Below, piece by piece: positions 10,005 through 20,166 of a stretch of DNA of 64,000 bases. The stretch's first letter is position 1; each line of letters starts with the position of its first letter. Made by a program: the position numbers and the translations under genes. Source of the stretch: Spirochaetia bacterium (GTDB lineage: Bacteria > Spirochaetota > Spirochaetia > SZUA-6 > Bin103); the NCBI GenBank assembly GCA_965203055.1, contig OZ241863.1, positions 4,416,001 to 4,480,000 of the forward strand, read 5' to 3'. A model generated the notes under the pieces. That model saw only the letters and a list, made by a program, of their open reading frames with translations, ran no database searches and was not told where the DNA came from.

Positions 10005-11039
10005 TCAACGCAACGCGGCCGCAAGCTGCTCGAACAGGTCGTCGTCCGGCTCGAACGACGCCAGGTCGACCGGCCGCCGCTGCAGGGCGCTGGCGTACAG
10101 CGCCAGCACGGTCTTGAATTCGTGCAGCGACTGATTGAGATTGGTGCCGGGAAGGGCCGCGTCATCCTCCAGCCAGCGCAGCGTGGCGCGGGTCAGTCCG
10201 GCTTGCGCCAGCAGGTTGTTCGGCGCCCACGAGTCGCCGGCGGTGCCGCGCTCGACGCCGCCGGGGCCGGCGATCTCCCAGTCGCCGAACTCCTCGTAGA
10301 GCACCCGCCCGCGTTCGGCGTACGCCGCCACCCGGACGTGCTGGTAGGTGGTGTCGGGGTCGCCGATCATCGGCGCCATGGGGCCGGCGAGCCACAGCCC
10401 GCGCACCCCGTTCTCGAACTGCAGGTAGCCGGCGCTGGTGTCCGGCGCCGGATGAGTCGGATCGCTGCCGCTCATGCCGCCGGCGGCGCCGAACACCGTC
10501 CGTACGCGCGCGTCGCGGTTGAGCGACATCAGGTAGTTGAGCGCGTGGGTGCCCTGATTGGAGATATTCATGCCGCACGAGGTCTCCAGGAACTTGACCG
10601 CGCCCAACCTGCCCGACTCCAGCGCCGCCCGGCAGCGGGTCAGATCGACGTGCCAGCGGAACTGGTGGCTGACCGTGAATCTGGTAGCGCAGCGGCGCTC
10701 CAACTCCACCAGCGACCGCCAGTCGCGGACGCCGGCCGCCAGCGGTTTCTCCACCACTGCGGCCGGCACGCCCAGGTCCGCTGCCAGGTGCATGAGCGGC
10801 GCCCGGTCCGCCGGTTGGGTGACCACGTGCACGAGGTCGGGCCGCTCCCGCTCGATCATCTGCGCCGCGTCGGCGTACGGGGTCAGCCCGAACTCCCGGG
10901 CGTGTCCGGCGCGCCGCTCCTCGAGCAGGTCGCAGCAGGCGGTCATGGCCGCGTCCGCCACGTGCTCGTAGGAGCGCACGTGCATGCGGCTGCGCCGCCC
11001 GCACCCGATCAGCGCGGCCTTGTAACGTGGGGTACTCAT
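10005..11039 (-). CDS. Gfo/Idh/MocA family oxidoreductase
   Basis: ALIGCG Rossmann start, VEKPLA, HQFR, QGTH. Confidence 0.88.
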   Translation of the reverse strand: MSTPRYKAALIGCGRRSRMHVRSYEHVADAAMTACCDLLEERRAGHAREFGLTPYADAAQMIERERPDLVHVVTQPADRAPLMHLAADLGVPAAVVEKPLAAGVRDWRSLVELERRCATRFTVSHQFRWHVDLTRCRAALESGRLGAVKFLETSCGMNISNQGTHALNYLMSLNRDARVRTVFGAAGGMSGSDPTHPAPDTSAGYLQFENGVRGLWLAGPMAPMIGDPDTTYQHVRVAAYAERGRVLYEEFGDWEIAGPGGVERGTAGDSWAPNNLLAQAGLTRATLRWLEDDAALPGTNLNQSLHEFKTVLALYASALQRRPVDLASFEPDDDLFEQLAAALR

Positions 11040-11167
11040 CTGGTCTCACCCTACCCCAAGCGCCGACCCGCTGCCACAGATCGCCCGTTCCCGTGACTCC
11101 CGTGCGCGGCTGCGAGCCGCGCGCCGCATATTGCGCCCCGCAACGACCGCAGGTATCGTCTCCCTTG

Positions 11168-12487
11168 ATGCTTGAACGGCTGGAGCTGGTCAACGTAGGC
11201 CCGGCGCACGAGATGGAGCTGGAACTGGCGCCGAGGATCAACCTGATCACCGGTGACAACGGGCTCGGCAAGAGCTTCCTGCTCGACGTTGCCTGGTGGG
11301 CCTTGACCCGCAAGTGGCCCCGCGACTTGAATCCTCGCCTGACCGCCGGCTACGCGGCGCGGCCAACGGACGTCAAGGCACCGGCAACGTTGCGCTTTAC
11401 GTTACGTACCGCGTCGGGCGGCAGTCGCAGCTACGAAAGCACCTACTCGGCGCTGGACGAAGGCTGGCCGGGGCGCCCCGGACGGCCATGGATTGCCGGG
11501 CTTGTCGTCTACGCGCACGCCGATGGCGGCTTTTCGGTGTGGGATCCGGCGCGGAACTACTGGCAGACACGAGCTGGCGTGGACGTTCAGGATCGGATTC
11601 CGGGCTACGTGTTTTCTCCGCAGGAGGTCTGGTCCGGACTCACGGTACCCGTCAACGGCAGCCCCACCAGAGTATGCAAGGGCCTGCTCGATGACTGGTC
11701 GAGCTGGATCAGAGAGCGGGGGACGGAAGCGGATCTGATGGCGCGGGTCCTTGGTACCATGACCGTCGAAGGAGAGCCGATAGCAGTCGGGAAGATTCGG
11801 CGCCTGTCGGTCGACGACACCCAGGATGTTCCGTCGATCAGCACGAAATACTCCGACGCGGTACCGATCGTCCATGCTTCCTCGGGAGTGCGCAGGATCG
11901 CGGCGTTGGCCTACATGCTGGTGTGGTCGTGGTGTGAACACCTCCGCGCTGCCGAGCAGCTCGGATTGGAGAGCACTCGCCAAGTCGTCCTCTTGTTCGA
12001 CGAAATCGAGGCGCATCTCCATCCGCGCTGGCAGCGGGCCGTGGTGCCCGCCGTACTCAAGGCGATGAACAAACTGTCCGCTGCCTGCCGACCGAGAATT
12101 CAACTCCTGGCAGCGACCCATTCACCCCTCGTACTGGCTTCGCTGGAGACATTCTTCGAGGCTGACAGTGACCGGCTGTTCCACCTTGATCTTCGCGATG
12201 AACAGGTGATTCTCCATGAGGAGCACTGGGTAAAGCAGGGAGATGTCGTCAATTGGCTGGTTTCGGATACGTTCGGGCTCCGGCAAGGCCGATCAGTCGA
12301 CGCGGAGCGCGCCATTGAAGCGGCCGAGGCGTTTATGCGCAACGACTCAGATGCGCTCCGCGGACTTGATGAGAACCTGCGGGACGAAAGGGACATCCAC
12401 CGGGAGCTGCAACGTGTACTGCCGGGGCACGATCCATTTTGGCCGCGGTGGGTGGTCCGTACCGAGGCCGAGCGTAGCGAGAAATGA
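11168..12487 (+). CDS. ABC-type (AAA_21/AAA_23-like) ATPase of the defence-associated class; no partner gene adjacent
   Basis: LERLELVNVGP, Walker A GDNGLGKS, signature ASSG, Walker B LLFDEIEAHLHPRWQ, ATHSP; codon usage less GC-biased than the neighbours. Confidence 0.85.
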   Translation: MLERLELVNVGPAHEMELELAPRINLITGDNGLGKSFLLDVAWWALTRKWPRDLNPRLTAGYAARPTDVKAPATLRFTLRTASGGSRSYESTYSALDEGWPGRPGRPWIAGLVVYAHADGGFSVWDPARNYWQTRAGVDVQDRIPGYVFSPQEVWSGLTVPVNGSPTRVCKGLLDDWSSWIRERGTEADLMARVLGTMTVEGEPIAVGKIRRLSVDDTQDVPSISTKYSDAVPIVHASSGVRRIAALAYMLVWSWCEHLRAAEQLGLESTRQVVLLFDEIEAHLHPRWQRAVVPAVLKAMNKLSAACRPRIQLLAATHSPLVLASLETFFEADSDRLFHLDLRDEQVILHEEHWVKQGDVVNWLVSDTFGLRQGRSVDAERAIEAAEAFMRNDSDALRGLDENLRDERDIHRELQRVLPGHDPFWPRWVVRTEAERSEK

Positions 12488-12544
12488 TCGCGGCGGCGAT
12501 AGAGAACGAGAGGGCCGGCGCTGGCCGGCGCAGGAGGGATTCCG

Positions 12545-13984
12545 GTGGGTGACGTGCGTGATCGGCTTACTGACGCCGAGCTGCAGCGATTCCTGGTCGA
12601 TGGCTACCTCAAGTTGCGGCTCGAGCTGCCGGCGGCGTTTCACCGCCGGGTCTACGACCGCATCGGCACCGTGCTGGAACGGAGTGGCAACCCGCACAAC
12701 AACATCCTGCCGGAGGTGCCGGAGCTGCGGCAGGTGTTCGGCCACCCGCAGGTGACCGGCGCGTTGGCCAGCATCCTGGGCAACGACTACTACCTGCACC
12801 TGCATCGCCACTGCCACGACCGCGCCCCCGGCGCCAAGCCGCAGCGCATACACCAGGACAGCCTCTACAACAGCCGCTACGCCGCGGACGGCAATCGCCG
12901 GCACCATCACGCGCGCTGGGCGATGGCGTTCTACTATCCGCAGGACACCGGCGCCGCGATGGGGCCAACCGCCGTCGTACCGCGCAGCCACTATCTGAAT
13001 GAGGCGCAGCGGGAGGAGGACGAGATTCACCTCACCGGTGAGGCGGGCACGGTGGTGATCGTGCACTACGACATCTGGCACCGCGCCACCGGCTACCTGA
13101 CCGGCGGCCCGACCCGCTACATGGTCAAGTTCCTGTTCACGCGGATGGCGGACCCGGCGCGGCCCAGTTGGCGGCACGAGCCGGCCGGCGCCGCGCCGCG
13201 CTGGCAGGCCAACGGCGCCGCGGCTGACGCCGGGCGTCCGGCGTTGCCTGCGGTATGGGACTATCAGTGGCGCTGGCATCTCGGCGCCGCCCGGCGCGCG
13301 CTACCGGCGGCGGCCAACGGCCGCCTGGGCGCGCTGGTGGATCGACTCGCGGCGGCCGACGAACCGGGGGCGCTGGACGCGGCGTATGCGCTGGGGCAGG
13401 GCGGAGCCGCCGCCGGCGCCGCTCTGGCCGAGGCGTTGCGGAGCGGCGACGAGCGGGTGCGGCGCAACGCCGCCTATGGCTTTGCGCCGCTGGGAGCCGC
13501 CGCGGTGTCCGCCCTCGGCGGCCTGCTGGAGGACGGCGCCGCCGCAGTGCGCGCCCGCGCCGCCGACGCACTGGGAGACGTCGGTGCGCCGGCCGGCGCC
13601 GCCGGGGCGGCGCTGAGCGCCGCCCTGAAAGATGAATCGGAGCTGGTACGGGGGCATGCCGCGGACGCACTGGGCACCGTGTACGCCGGCGCCGCAGCCG
13701 CGGCTGCAGCGCCGGCCGCGGCCGCGCTGGCTGCCGCGCTGGAGGACGAGAACGAGGTAGTGCGCCGCAACGCCGCCCTGTCGCTGGCGCGCGTTGCGCC
13801 GGGCGCAGGAGCGGCGGCCGACCAAGTGGCCGCGGCGCTCGCTGGGGCGCTCGACGACGCCAGCCACTACGTACGCGGCTATGCGGTGCTCGGCCTGCGC
13901 CGGTTGGGCACGCCGCGCGCGCATGGCGAGCTGCTCGGCTACCTGGAATCCGCGCGCTGGGACCCGTCGCAACTGCAAGCCTGA
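12545..13984 (+). CDS. Phytanoyl-CoA dioxygenase (PhyH) family protein with C-terminal HEAT repeats
   Basis: F..DGYL, HQD, GPT.VVPRSH, AGTV.I.HYDIWHR; repeated L.D....VR..AA.ALG units. Confidence 0.88.
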   Translation: MGDVRDRLTDAELQRFLVDGYLKLRLELPAAFHRRVYDRIGTVLERSGNPHNNILPEVPELRQVFGHPQVTGALASILGNDYYLHLHRHCHDRAPGAKPQRIHQDSLYNSRYAADGNRRHHHARWAMAFYYPQDTGAAMGPTAVVPRSHYLNEAQREEDEIHLTGEAGTVVIVHYDIWHRATGYLTGGPTRYMVKFLFTRMADPARPSWRHEPAGAAPRWQANGAAADAGRPALPAVWDYQWRWHLGAARRALPAAANGRLGALVDRLAAADEPGALDAAYALGQGGAAAGAALAEALRSGDERVRRNAAYGFAPLGAAAVSALGGLLEDGAAAVRARAADALGDVGAPAGAAGAALSAALKDESELVRGHAADALGTVYAGAAAAAAAPAAAALAAALEDENEVVRRNAALSLARVAPGAGAAADQVAAALAGALDDASHYVRGYAVLGLRRLGTPRAHGELLGYLESARWDPSQLQA

Positions 13985-14016
13985 AACGTTATTGATCGGC
14001 CGCTATGCTGAGGGCC

Positions 14017-14871
14017 ATGTCGTCGACTCTACTCAATGCCGCCCGGCGCGCGCAGTTCGCGGAGCAAGGCTACTTGGTGCTGCCGGAGGTCTTCGATGCG
14101 GCCGAGGTGGCGCGCATGCGCGGCGAGGCGGACCGCATCCTGGAACTGGTGATCAACTCCTCGCTGGCCCTGGGCCGCACCAGCGGGCGCCTTGATCTGG
14201 CGCAGGATGAAGCCGGCCGCCAGACGGTGCGCAAGATCCAGCCAATCAACGACCTTTCCCTCTACCTGAGCGAGGTGGCCGCGGACGAGCGTCTGCTCGG
14301 ACCGATGCGGCAGCTCATGGGTGACGAGCCGGTCCTGATGGAGGAGAAGCTCAACTACAAGGAGCCGCTGCCGGAGCCGCTGCCCGGCCTCCAGGCGGCG
14401 CGCGCCGCCACCCACTTCCCCGTGCATAGCGACTGGGCCCACTACCAGGCCCAGAGCTATCCGCAGACCATCATCTCGTCCGCGGTGTCGATGGATGACA
14501 GCACCCCGGAGTCGGGACCGTTGCGGGTATGGCCCGGCAGCCATACCGCGCACCTGGAACATGAGCGGCTCCCGGACCGCGAAATTCAGGTGCGCGCCGA
14601 CTTGATCGACCTGCAGGGCGGACAGGACCTCCTGGCGCCGGCGGGGTCGGTGATGTTGTTCCACGTGCTGCTCGTGCATTGTTCGCGCAGCAACCGCTCC
14701 GGGCGGCCGCGGCGGCTGATGATCTACAGTCACTTCCCGCAGTCCGCCGGCATCGGCTTCGACGTCCGCAACGGCCGCCGGCGGTTCACCGAGTCGCCGT
14801 TCGAGTGGGAGTACGCCGCCCGGCTGCTGCGCGGCGCAGCCGCCGCCCCATTTCAGGCCCCAGGGTTCTGA
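14017..14871 (+). CDS. Phytanoyl-CoA dioxygenase (PhyH) family protein
   Basis: F.EQGYL, HSD, DD.T.E.GPL.VWPGSH, AGSV.LFH...VH.S..NRS..PRR. Confidence 0.88.
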   Translation: MSSTLLNAARRAQFAEQGYLVLPEVFDAAEVARMRGEADRILELVINSSLALGRTSGRLDLAQDEAGRQTVRKIQPINDLSLYLSEVAADERLLGPMRQLMGDEPVLMEEKLNYKEPLPEPLPGLQAARAATHFPVHSDWAHYQAQSYPQTIISSAVSMDDSTPESGPLRVWPGSHTAHLEHERLPDREIQVRADLIDLQGGQDLLAPAGSVMLFHVLLVHCSRSNRSGRPRRLMIYSHFPQSAGIGFDVRNGRRRFTESPFEWEYAARLLRGAAAAPFQAPGF

Positions 14872-14877
14872 GATTCT

Positions 14878-17800
14878 CTACTCAGGTTCGAAGCCGTGGT
14901 CGGTGAAGTTGAGCGTGCGGCTGTTTTCGGTCACCGCGCGCACGGTGGCGTCGGGGGCGCCGGCCGGGAGTTTCGCTTCGATTTCCAGCGTCACGTCGAC
15001 CTGGGCCCCGTCCAGTCCGACGAGGAGGGCGATCACCTCTTCCGCGATCTTGCTGGCGTCGCGGCCGGCGCGCATCGAGTCGAGGGTCACGGCGCCGTGG
15101 AAGCGCGTCAGCGGCGGCGGTGGCGGTGGTGGCGGCGGCGTGGGGTTGGGGGCGTCGGGTGTGGGCTTTCGCACGGGATCGGTGGGAGCCGGTTCGGGCG
15201 GCGCTTCCGCGTCCAGTTGCTTGCGGGCGACCTCCGGTTTGACGAGCAGCCCCGGCTCATCGGCGTCGGGAATCTCGATCCGTTCCCCGGCGCGCAGCCC
15301 GCGGTAGCGCCCGGCGTCCTCGTCGAAGCTGTCGGCGAACGCGAACGAGTCCTGTTCCCAGGTGATGAGCGCCAGTCCGTCGGAGATGCAGCGCAGCAGC
15401 ACCTGCGGCTCCAGCAGTCGGGCCAGGTATGGATAGCGGACGTAGTCTTCGACGAGCTGGGCGACTGACACGTGATCGCCGCGCCACAGCGGCACGCGCT
15501 CCAGCTCCACGCGCAGGAGCGTGGGGCCGTAGCCGGCCAGGAGCCCGTCCTGGGCCTTGAGCCGGCCGGAGGCGCGCACCGCCAGCGGCTCTTCTCCCGT
15601 AAGGTTGAACGCGTTCCAGGTCAGCGCCGTCTGCGCGTTGGCCTGCGCCGGCAGCAGCAGCCAGCGGTAGGTCTCCGGGATGCGCGCCTGCACCGCGTCC
15701 GCCGCGGCGCCGCGTTGCGTTTCTGCCTGCCGCACCTGCTGCGGCGTCAGATTGAGGTCCTCCCGGTCGGCGATGATCGACTTCCAGGCCAGGAAGTCGC
15801 GCGCGCCCTCTTCCAGGTCCTGCAGGAGGTTTGCGTCGGCGGCAAGGAACACCAGGGTGTTGCGGTAGAGGCGCGGCGCGTTGCCGCGGAAATCCAGGAT
15901 CGCCTGCGCCTGCCGTTCGGCCGGGCTGCCGCCGCCCCGGCGGTAGGGATGGTCGGCGCCCAGAACGACCAGCCGCGCGTCCCGGTCGTCGGGTACGTCC
16001 TGCCCCGACTCCGGCAACGGGTGCACGCGGCTGAAGTCGCCGGGCTGGCGCAGCGCCGCGCGTACCCGCGCCGCGATCTCCATGTCCACCGGGTCGCGGT
16101 TGCGCCGCAACTGCGCGGCGCGGTCTTCCGCCAGCCGGGTGACCGTGGGCTGGGTGTCGTACCAGTAGCGCCCGTTGTCCTCGTAGAGATAGGTGGCGGC
16201 GGTCGCCAGCCGGCGCAGCGCGTCGCCGAACACCGTCGACGGCGCGCCCGGCAGCATGCAGCCCAGCTTTACCCGGCGGTCGTCTATCCCGCGATGCGCG
16301 GCGCCGGCGGTGGGAGCGGAACCGAGGAAGAGCGCCCGCGCCACCCGGCGGGCGGCCGCATGCCGGCCTAGACTGGGGTGCTCGGCGTCGGTTCGCAGCG
16401 GCAGCGAGTCGGCGCCGTCGACGTCGGTCTCGATGATCGGCGCCCAATTGTCGTCCAGGTAGCGCGTCAGCTCGGCCTGCACGCGCCCGTCGTCGAGCGC
16501 CAGGTCGCCCGGCAGAATCAGGGGGCTGCCGGCGCCCTGTTCCCACTGCTGGTGAATCACCGCCGCCATCAGCCGCAGCACGCCGCGCGTGCGCTGGAAC
16601 TTGGCCAGCGCCGACCAGTCGCTGTACAGCCGGGCGAAGATTTCCGGATGGATCGGGTAGGCCGCCTTGAGGCGCTGTTCGTAGGCGGCTTCTCGGCACT
16701 CGCCGGGAAACTCCTGCTGCTGCGCGCGGTACAGCTCGGAGAAGCCGCGCGCCACCACGTCGCGCGCCGTGAACTGAGCCGCCTGGAACGGCTGGAACAG
16801 GCGCCGCCGCACGATCTCGAAGCTCTCCTCGGCGGTGGCCGGCCGCCAAGCGGTGTCGAGGCGCCCGATCGCGTTGCTCAGCCGGCCGAGAGCCTCGCGG
16901 CCGCGCTGGCCGCCTACTTCCGCGTCATCCGCCGGCTCATGCGGCGCGCCGCCGGGTTCCGAGGCCGGCAGACTGATCACCAGCAGGCAGTTGGGGACCG
17001 CCCGGGCCGATTCGGTGAGGGTCTGAGCAAACGTGAACTGGGTCTCGAAGCTGCCGGCCGGGAGCTCGCCCTGATCGTGAAGCTGGCGCGCGTACGCCAC
17101 CCACTCGTCGATCAGGATCAGGCAGGGGCCGTACTCGACGAACAGCTCGCGCAGGCGGTCGCCGGGACTGGTGGCATGCCGGTCGTCGGCGGCGACGCGC
17201 GCGAACGCCTCGGCGCCGCCGAGCTGCCACGCCAGTTCGCCCCAGAAGGTGCGGACCGCGGTGCCGTCGTCCTTGATGGACGGGTTGCCCGGCGAGATGC
17301 GGTTGCCGACCAGTACCACGCGGCGCACCTCCGGCAGCGCGGTAACGCCGGCGGCCTGCCGTACGTCGTCCACGCCGGCCAGTTCGGAGGGGAGCGCGCC
17401 GGAGAACAGGTGGTAGAGGGCCAGCATCGAGTGGGTCTTGCCGCCCCCGAAGTTGGTCTGCAGTTGCACCACCGGGTTGCCGCCCGCGCCGGCCAGCCGC
17501 TGCACGGCGCCGGTCAGCAGCCAGCGCAGACTGTCGGTGAGGTAGGTACGGCGAAAGAACTCCACCGGTTCGCCGTATTCGGCGGTCCCCTCGCCGCGGT
17601 AGACCTGCCACAGATCGGCGGCGAACTCGGCCTGCTGGTAGCGCCCGCTGGCGACATCCTGATGCGGGACTACCACCTCGCGCCACGGCTTCAGCCCGGC
17701 GACCGCGCCGCCGGCGCCCGAGCTGCGGGCGGCGCGGCGCCGCTCGGAGCGCACCTGCTCCTGAAAGCGCAACCGCAGCAGCTCCTGCTTGAGGGCGTCG

Positions 17801-18177
17801 AGATCCCGGACCTGCGGCGCCGAAATGGAGGTGAGCAGCCGTTGCGCCGAGTCGAGGGCGCGGTAGGCGTCGTCGGTGGAAAACGGCTCCTGGTGCGCCC
17901 ACTTGTTGCGGTGGTCGCGCAGCTCGCTGACCAGGCTGCGGTCGGAGCGTCCGAGAATGGCGCGGAACACTTCGTTCCAGGTGTCCCACATCAGCCGCAG
18001 CATCAGCGCCGCGTCCCATTCGGAGGAGGGCCGCCGCAACGCCGGATCGTCGGCCAACTGCTGGCGGCGGTAGAGGTCGAGCTCGCGCACCGCCCGCTTG
18101 AGCTCGCGCTCGACGAACGGCCCGAGTCCCGTGCGCAACAGCTCCAGCCCCTTGCCGACTCGTTCGTGATTGGTCAT
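14878..18177 (-). CDS. DUF499 AAA+ ATPase with N-terminal Swt1-like HEPN domain
   Basis: RNKWAH (Rx4H) at N-terminus; LKPWREV..PH.DV, EFAADL, LQTNFGGGKTH, ILIDEWV, YPIHPE, FQRTRGVLR; poly-Pro linker before the C-terminal domain. Confidence 0.92.
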   Translation of the reverse strand: MTNHERVGKGLELLRTGLGPFVERELKRAVRELDLYRRQQLADDPALRRPSSEWDAALMLRLMWDTWNEVFRAILGRSDRSLVSELRDHRNKWAHQEPFSTDDAYRALDSAQRLLTSISAPQVRDLDALKQELLRLRFQEQVRSERRRAARSSGAGGAVAGLKPWREVVVPHQDVASGRYQQAEFAADLWQVYRGEGTAEYGEPVEFFRRTYLTDSLRWLLTGAVQRLAGAGGNPVVQLQTNFGGGKTHSMLALYHLFSGALPSELAGVDDVRQAAGVTALPEVRRVVLVGNRISPGNPSIKDDGTAVRTFWGELAWQLGGAEAFARVAADDRHATSPGDRLRELFVEYGPCLILIDEWVAYARQLHDQGELPAGSFETQFTFAQTLTESARAVPNCLLVISLPASEPGGAPHEPADDAEVGGQRGREALGRLSNAIGRLDTAWRPATAEESFEIVRRRLFQPFQAAQFTARDVVARGFSELYRAQQQEFPGECREAAYEQRLKAAYPIHPEIFARLYSDWSALAKFQRTRGVLRLMAAVIHQQWEQGAGSPLILPGDLALDDGRVQAELTRYLDDNWAPIIETDVDGADSLPLRTDAEHPSLGRHAAARRVARALFLGSAPTAGAAHRGIDDRRVKLGCMLPGAPSTVFGDALRRLATAATYLYEDNGRYWYDTQPTVTRLAEDRAAQLRRNRDPVDMEIAARVRAALRQPGDFSRVHPLPESGQDVPDDRDARLVVLGADHPYRRGGGSPAERQAQAILDFRGNAPRLYRNTLVFLAADANLLQDLEEGARDFLAWKSIIADREDLNLTPQQVRQAETQRGAAADAVQARIPETYRWLLLPAQANAQTALTWNAFNLTGEEPLAVRASGRLKAQDGLLAGYGPTLLRVELERVPLWRGDHVSVAQLVEDYVRYPYLARLLEPQVLLRCISDGLALITWEQDSFAFADSFDEDAGRYRGLRAGERIEIPDADEPGLLVKPEVARKQLDAEAPPEPAPTDPVRKPTPDAPNPTPPPPPPPPPLTRFHGAVTLDSMRAGRDASKIAEEVIALLVGLDGAQVDVTLEIEAKLPAGAPDATVRAVTENSRTLNFTDHGFEPE

Positions 18178-18550
18178 TGCGCTACCTCGTCCATGAAGCT
18201 CGACGCTTGCGCGCCGCGCAGGGTCGCCGGGCGCTCACTCCTGCCATGAGCAGGTAGAGTATAGCCTGAACCGCGCGGCGAAGGCGATTACGAGTCGAGG
18301 CACCCCGGCGCCCGTCCAGGCGCTCCTTGGTGTCAGGCGGGTTCGGTGCGGCTCATGGCGTGTCGATGTGATATGGTTTGCTGGCACTAGGAGTATGTTC
18401 GTATCGGGTGGATCCAGGCGCTTCCCTCCTCTGGGAGAAGATCAGCTCTCTGCTGCAGTCGCGGTGTTCTCATCCTTCAGTTACGTAGTTACGTCGCTGG
18501 GATGGGACTCTGCAGCCGGTCGTGCAATGCGCGTACTTCAGGAGCACTGA

Positions 18551-19966
18551 ATGAGTAGCGTCGAAGCCGTATTCGGATCCGAGCTGACGCACCTGAGTGA
18601 GGAAGAGGCAGCTCGCAGGTCCCGCCTCCGGTTCGTAAGAAGCAAGATCCAGCTCGGGGTGTTCGATGCATCTCGTAATCCCACCGGCCATGTGCTGACG
18701 GCCTGGGAGGCATGCCAAGCATATGGACTGAAGATTCTCGAAGAGGCCGTGGAGTATGGAAGCGCGATTCTGAATCATCCCGACGGTATGGAGCCGGTTC
18801 TGCGCCACCGCTTGGAGGAGCTTGGCCTCCAGCCTTCCGCGGTGGCTCGGGAGACCGGTCTTGAAGCCCAGGTCGTGGATCGGGCCGAGCGCCGGCGCGA
18901 TGACAACAGGATAGGGGATCTGGAGCGAATTGGATTCATCCTGGGACTTGACGAGCTGCAACTCGGATACCGGCCGACCGGCCCGGTGGATGCCGAACTA
19001 TCCGTCCGCCTCAAGACGTTGCGGCCACCGCAACCGAACGGCGCGCGCCGGCTGAGCCCGCGTGCGGTGCTCATATTCGCCCATGCCGCATCCGTGATTC
19101 GGGCCCAACACCGGTTGCAGCGCTGGCTCGGGCTCAAAGGCCGCCGGTTCAAAACGTCGAACCATTACGGGGCGCCCGGTTCGTCTCCGGCATACAAGGT
19201 CGGTTACGACTTGGCCGAGCATGCGCGACGCACTCTGAGTCTCGGCGACGAACCCGTAGATTCGATGAGACACTTGGTCGAAACCAAACTTGGAATCCCA
19301 GTGATCCAGACGGAGTTACCGGACGACATCGCTGGCGCGACGATCGCGGTAGACGATCCCGAACGCGGTGAGGTTCGGGGGATCGTGCTCAACACGATAG
19401 GGGCGAACGAGAACGTATGGGTAAGGCGCGCTACGCTGGCCCATGAATTGGGGCATCTTCTGTTCGATCCCATCCAACGTTTGGAACGAGTACGTGTAGA
19501 TACGTATCAATCGAACGAAGTCGATCCGCAGGTTGCTGCAACCGACTACGTCGAACAGCGCGCCAATGCGTTCGCGATTTCCTTTCTGGCGCCTATGGAG
19601 GCCGTGCGCGAAATGGCTCCCGCACCCGTCGAGGCGGACTCGGTGCGGAACGTCATGTCCACGTTTGGCATCAGCCATACTGCCGCCCGTTTTCACATAC
19701 GGAACTCTCATTATGGGCAGTACGACGTGCCGGAAGTCATGTATCCAGCGGCCCCTTCAGATGAACAGAAGGCGGCGGAAAACTTCGCTCTCGATTACTT
19801 CCCCATCCAAAGCACGCCGCCGTTGCGCCGCGGCAAATTCGTCGAGGCTGTGACGTCGTGCCTTGTCAAGGGATACATTTCCGAAGATACGGCAGCGAAG
19901 TACATGAATTGCAGCAGGACGGAATTACAAGATAACCTGCCGGCAATCATCGGATTATACGGCTGA
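18551..19966 (+). CDS. ImmA/IrrE family metallo-endopeptidase with XRE-like HTH
   Basis: HTH-like RLEELGLQPSAVARETGL; RRATLAHELGHLL (HExxH) and EQRANAFA.SFLAP. Confidence 0.85.
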   Translation: MSSVEAVFGSELTHLSEEEAARRSRLRFVRSKIQLGVFDASRNPTGHVLTAWEACQAYGLKILEEAVEYGSAILNHPDGMEPVLRHRLEELGLQPSAVARETGLEAQVVDRAERRRDDNRIGDLERIGFILGLDELQLGYRPTGPVDAELSVRLKTLRPPQPNGARRLSPRAVLIFAHAASVIRAQHRLQRWLGLKGRRFKTSNHYGAPGSSPAYKVGYDLAEHARRTLSLGDEPVDSMRHLVETKLGIPVIQTELPDDIAGATIAVDDPERGEVRGIVLNTIGANENVWVRRATLAHELGHLLFDPIQRLERVRVDTYQSNEVDPQVAATDYVEQRANAFAISFLAPMEAVREMAPAPVEADSVRNVMSTFGISHTAARFHIRNSHYGQYDVPEVMYPAAPSDEQKAAENFALDYFPIQSTPPLRRGKFVEAVTSCLVKGYISEDTAAKYMNCSRTELQDNLPAIIGLYG

Positions 19967-20001
19967 TCAATCGAGGGTTTTATCGAACTGGACTCCGATG
20001 G

Positions 20002-20166
20002 TCAATCGCTATCTATTCTGGAACATGACGATGCTTTCTCGAGACGCCACTCGTCCATATTTGCCCATCTGCTGCGCGCTGTTGCCGCTCCTTTGAGGGG
20101 AGGTCCGGCGGCGGATGGCTCGAACGGGTTGAATTCGAGCCCGAACTTATGAAGCATGTTGGGCAT
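20002..20166 (-). pseudogene. Probable truncated 5' remnant of an ATPase-like gene
   Basis: AGGAGG RBS and ATG overlapping the upstream gene end; MPNMLHKFGLEFNPFEPSAAG resembles the FGL..NPF N-terminus of P-loop ATPases, but the frame stops after 54 codons. Confidence 0.45.

Noticed and set aside
15110..15165. GGC/GGT microsatellite
   Set aside because: Encodes the poly-Pro linker of the DUF499 protein; synonymous codons are mixed, so not an obvious phase-variable tract
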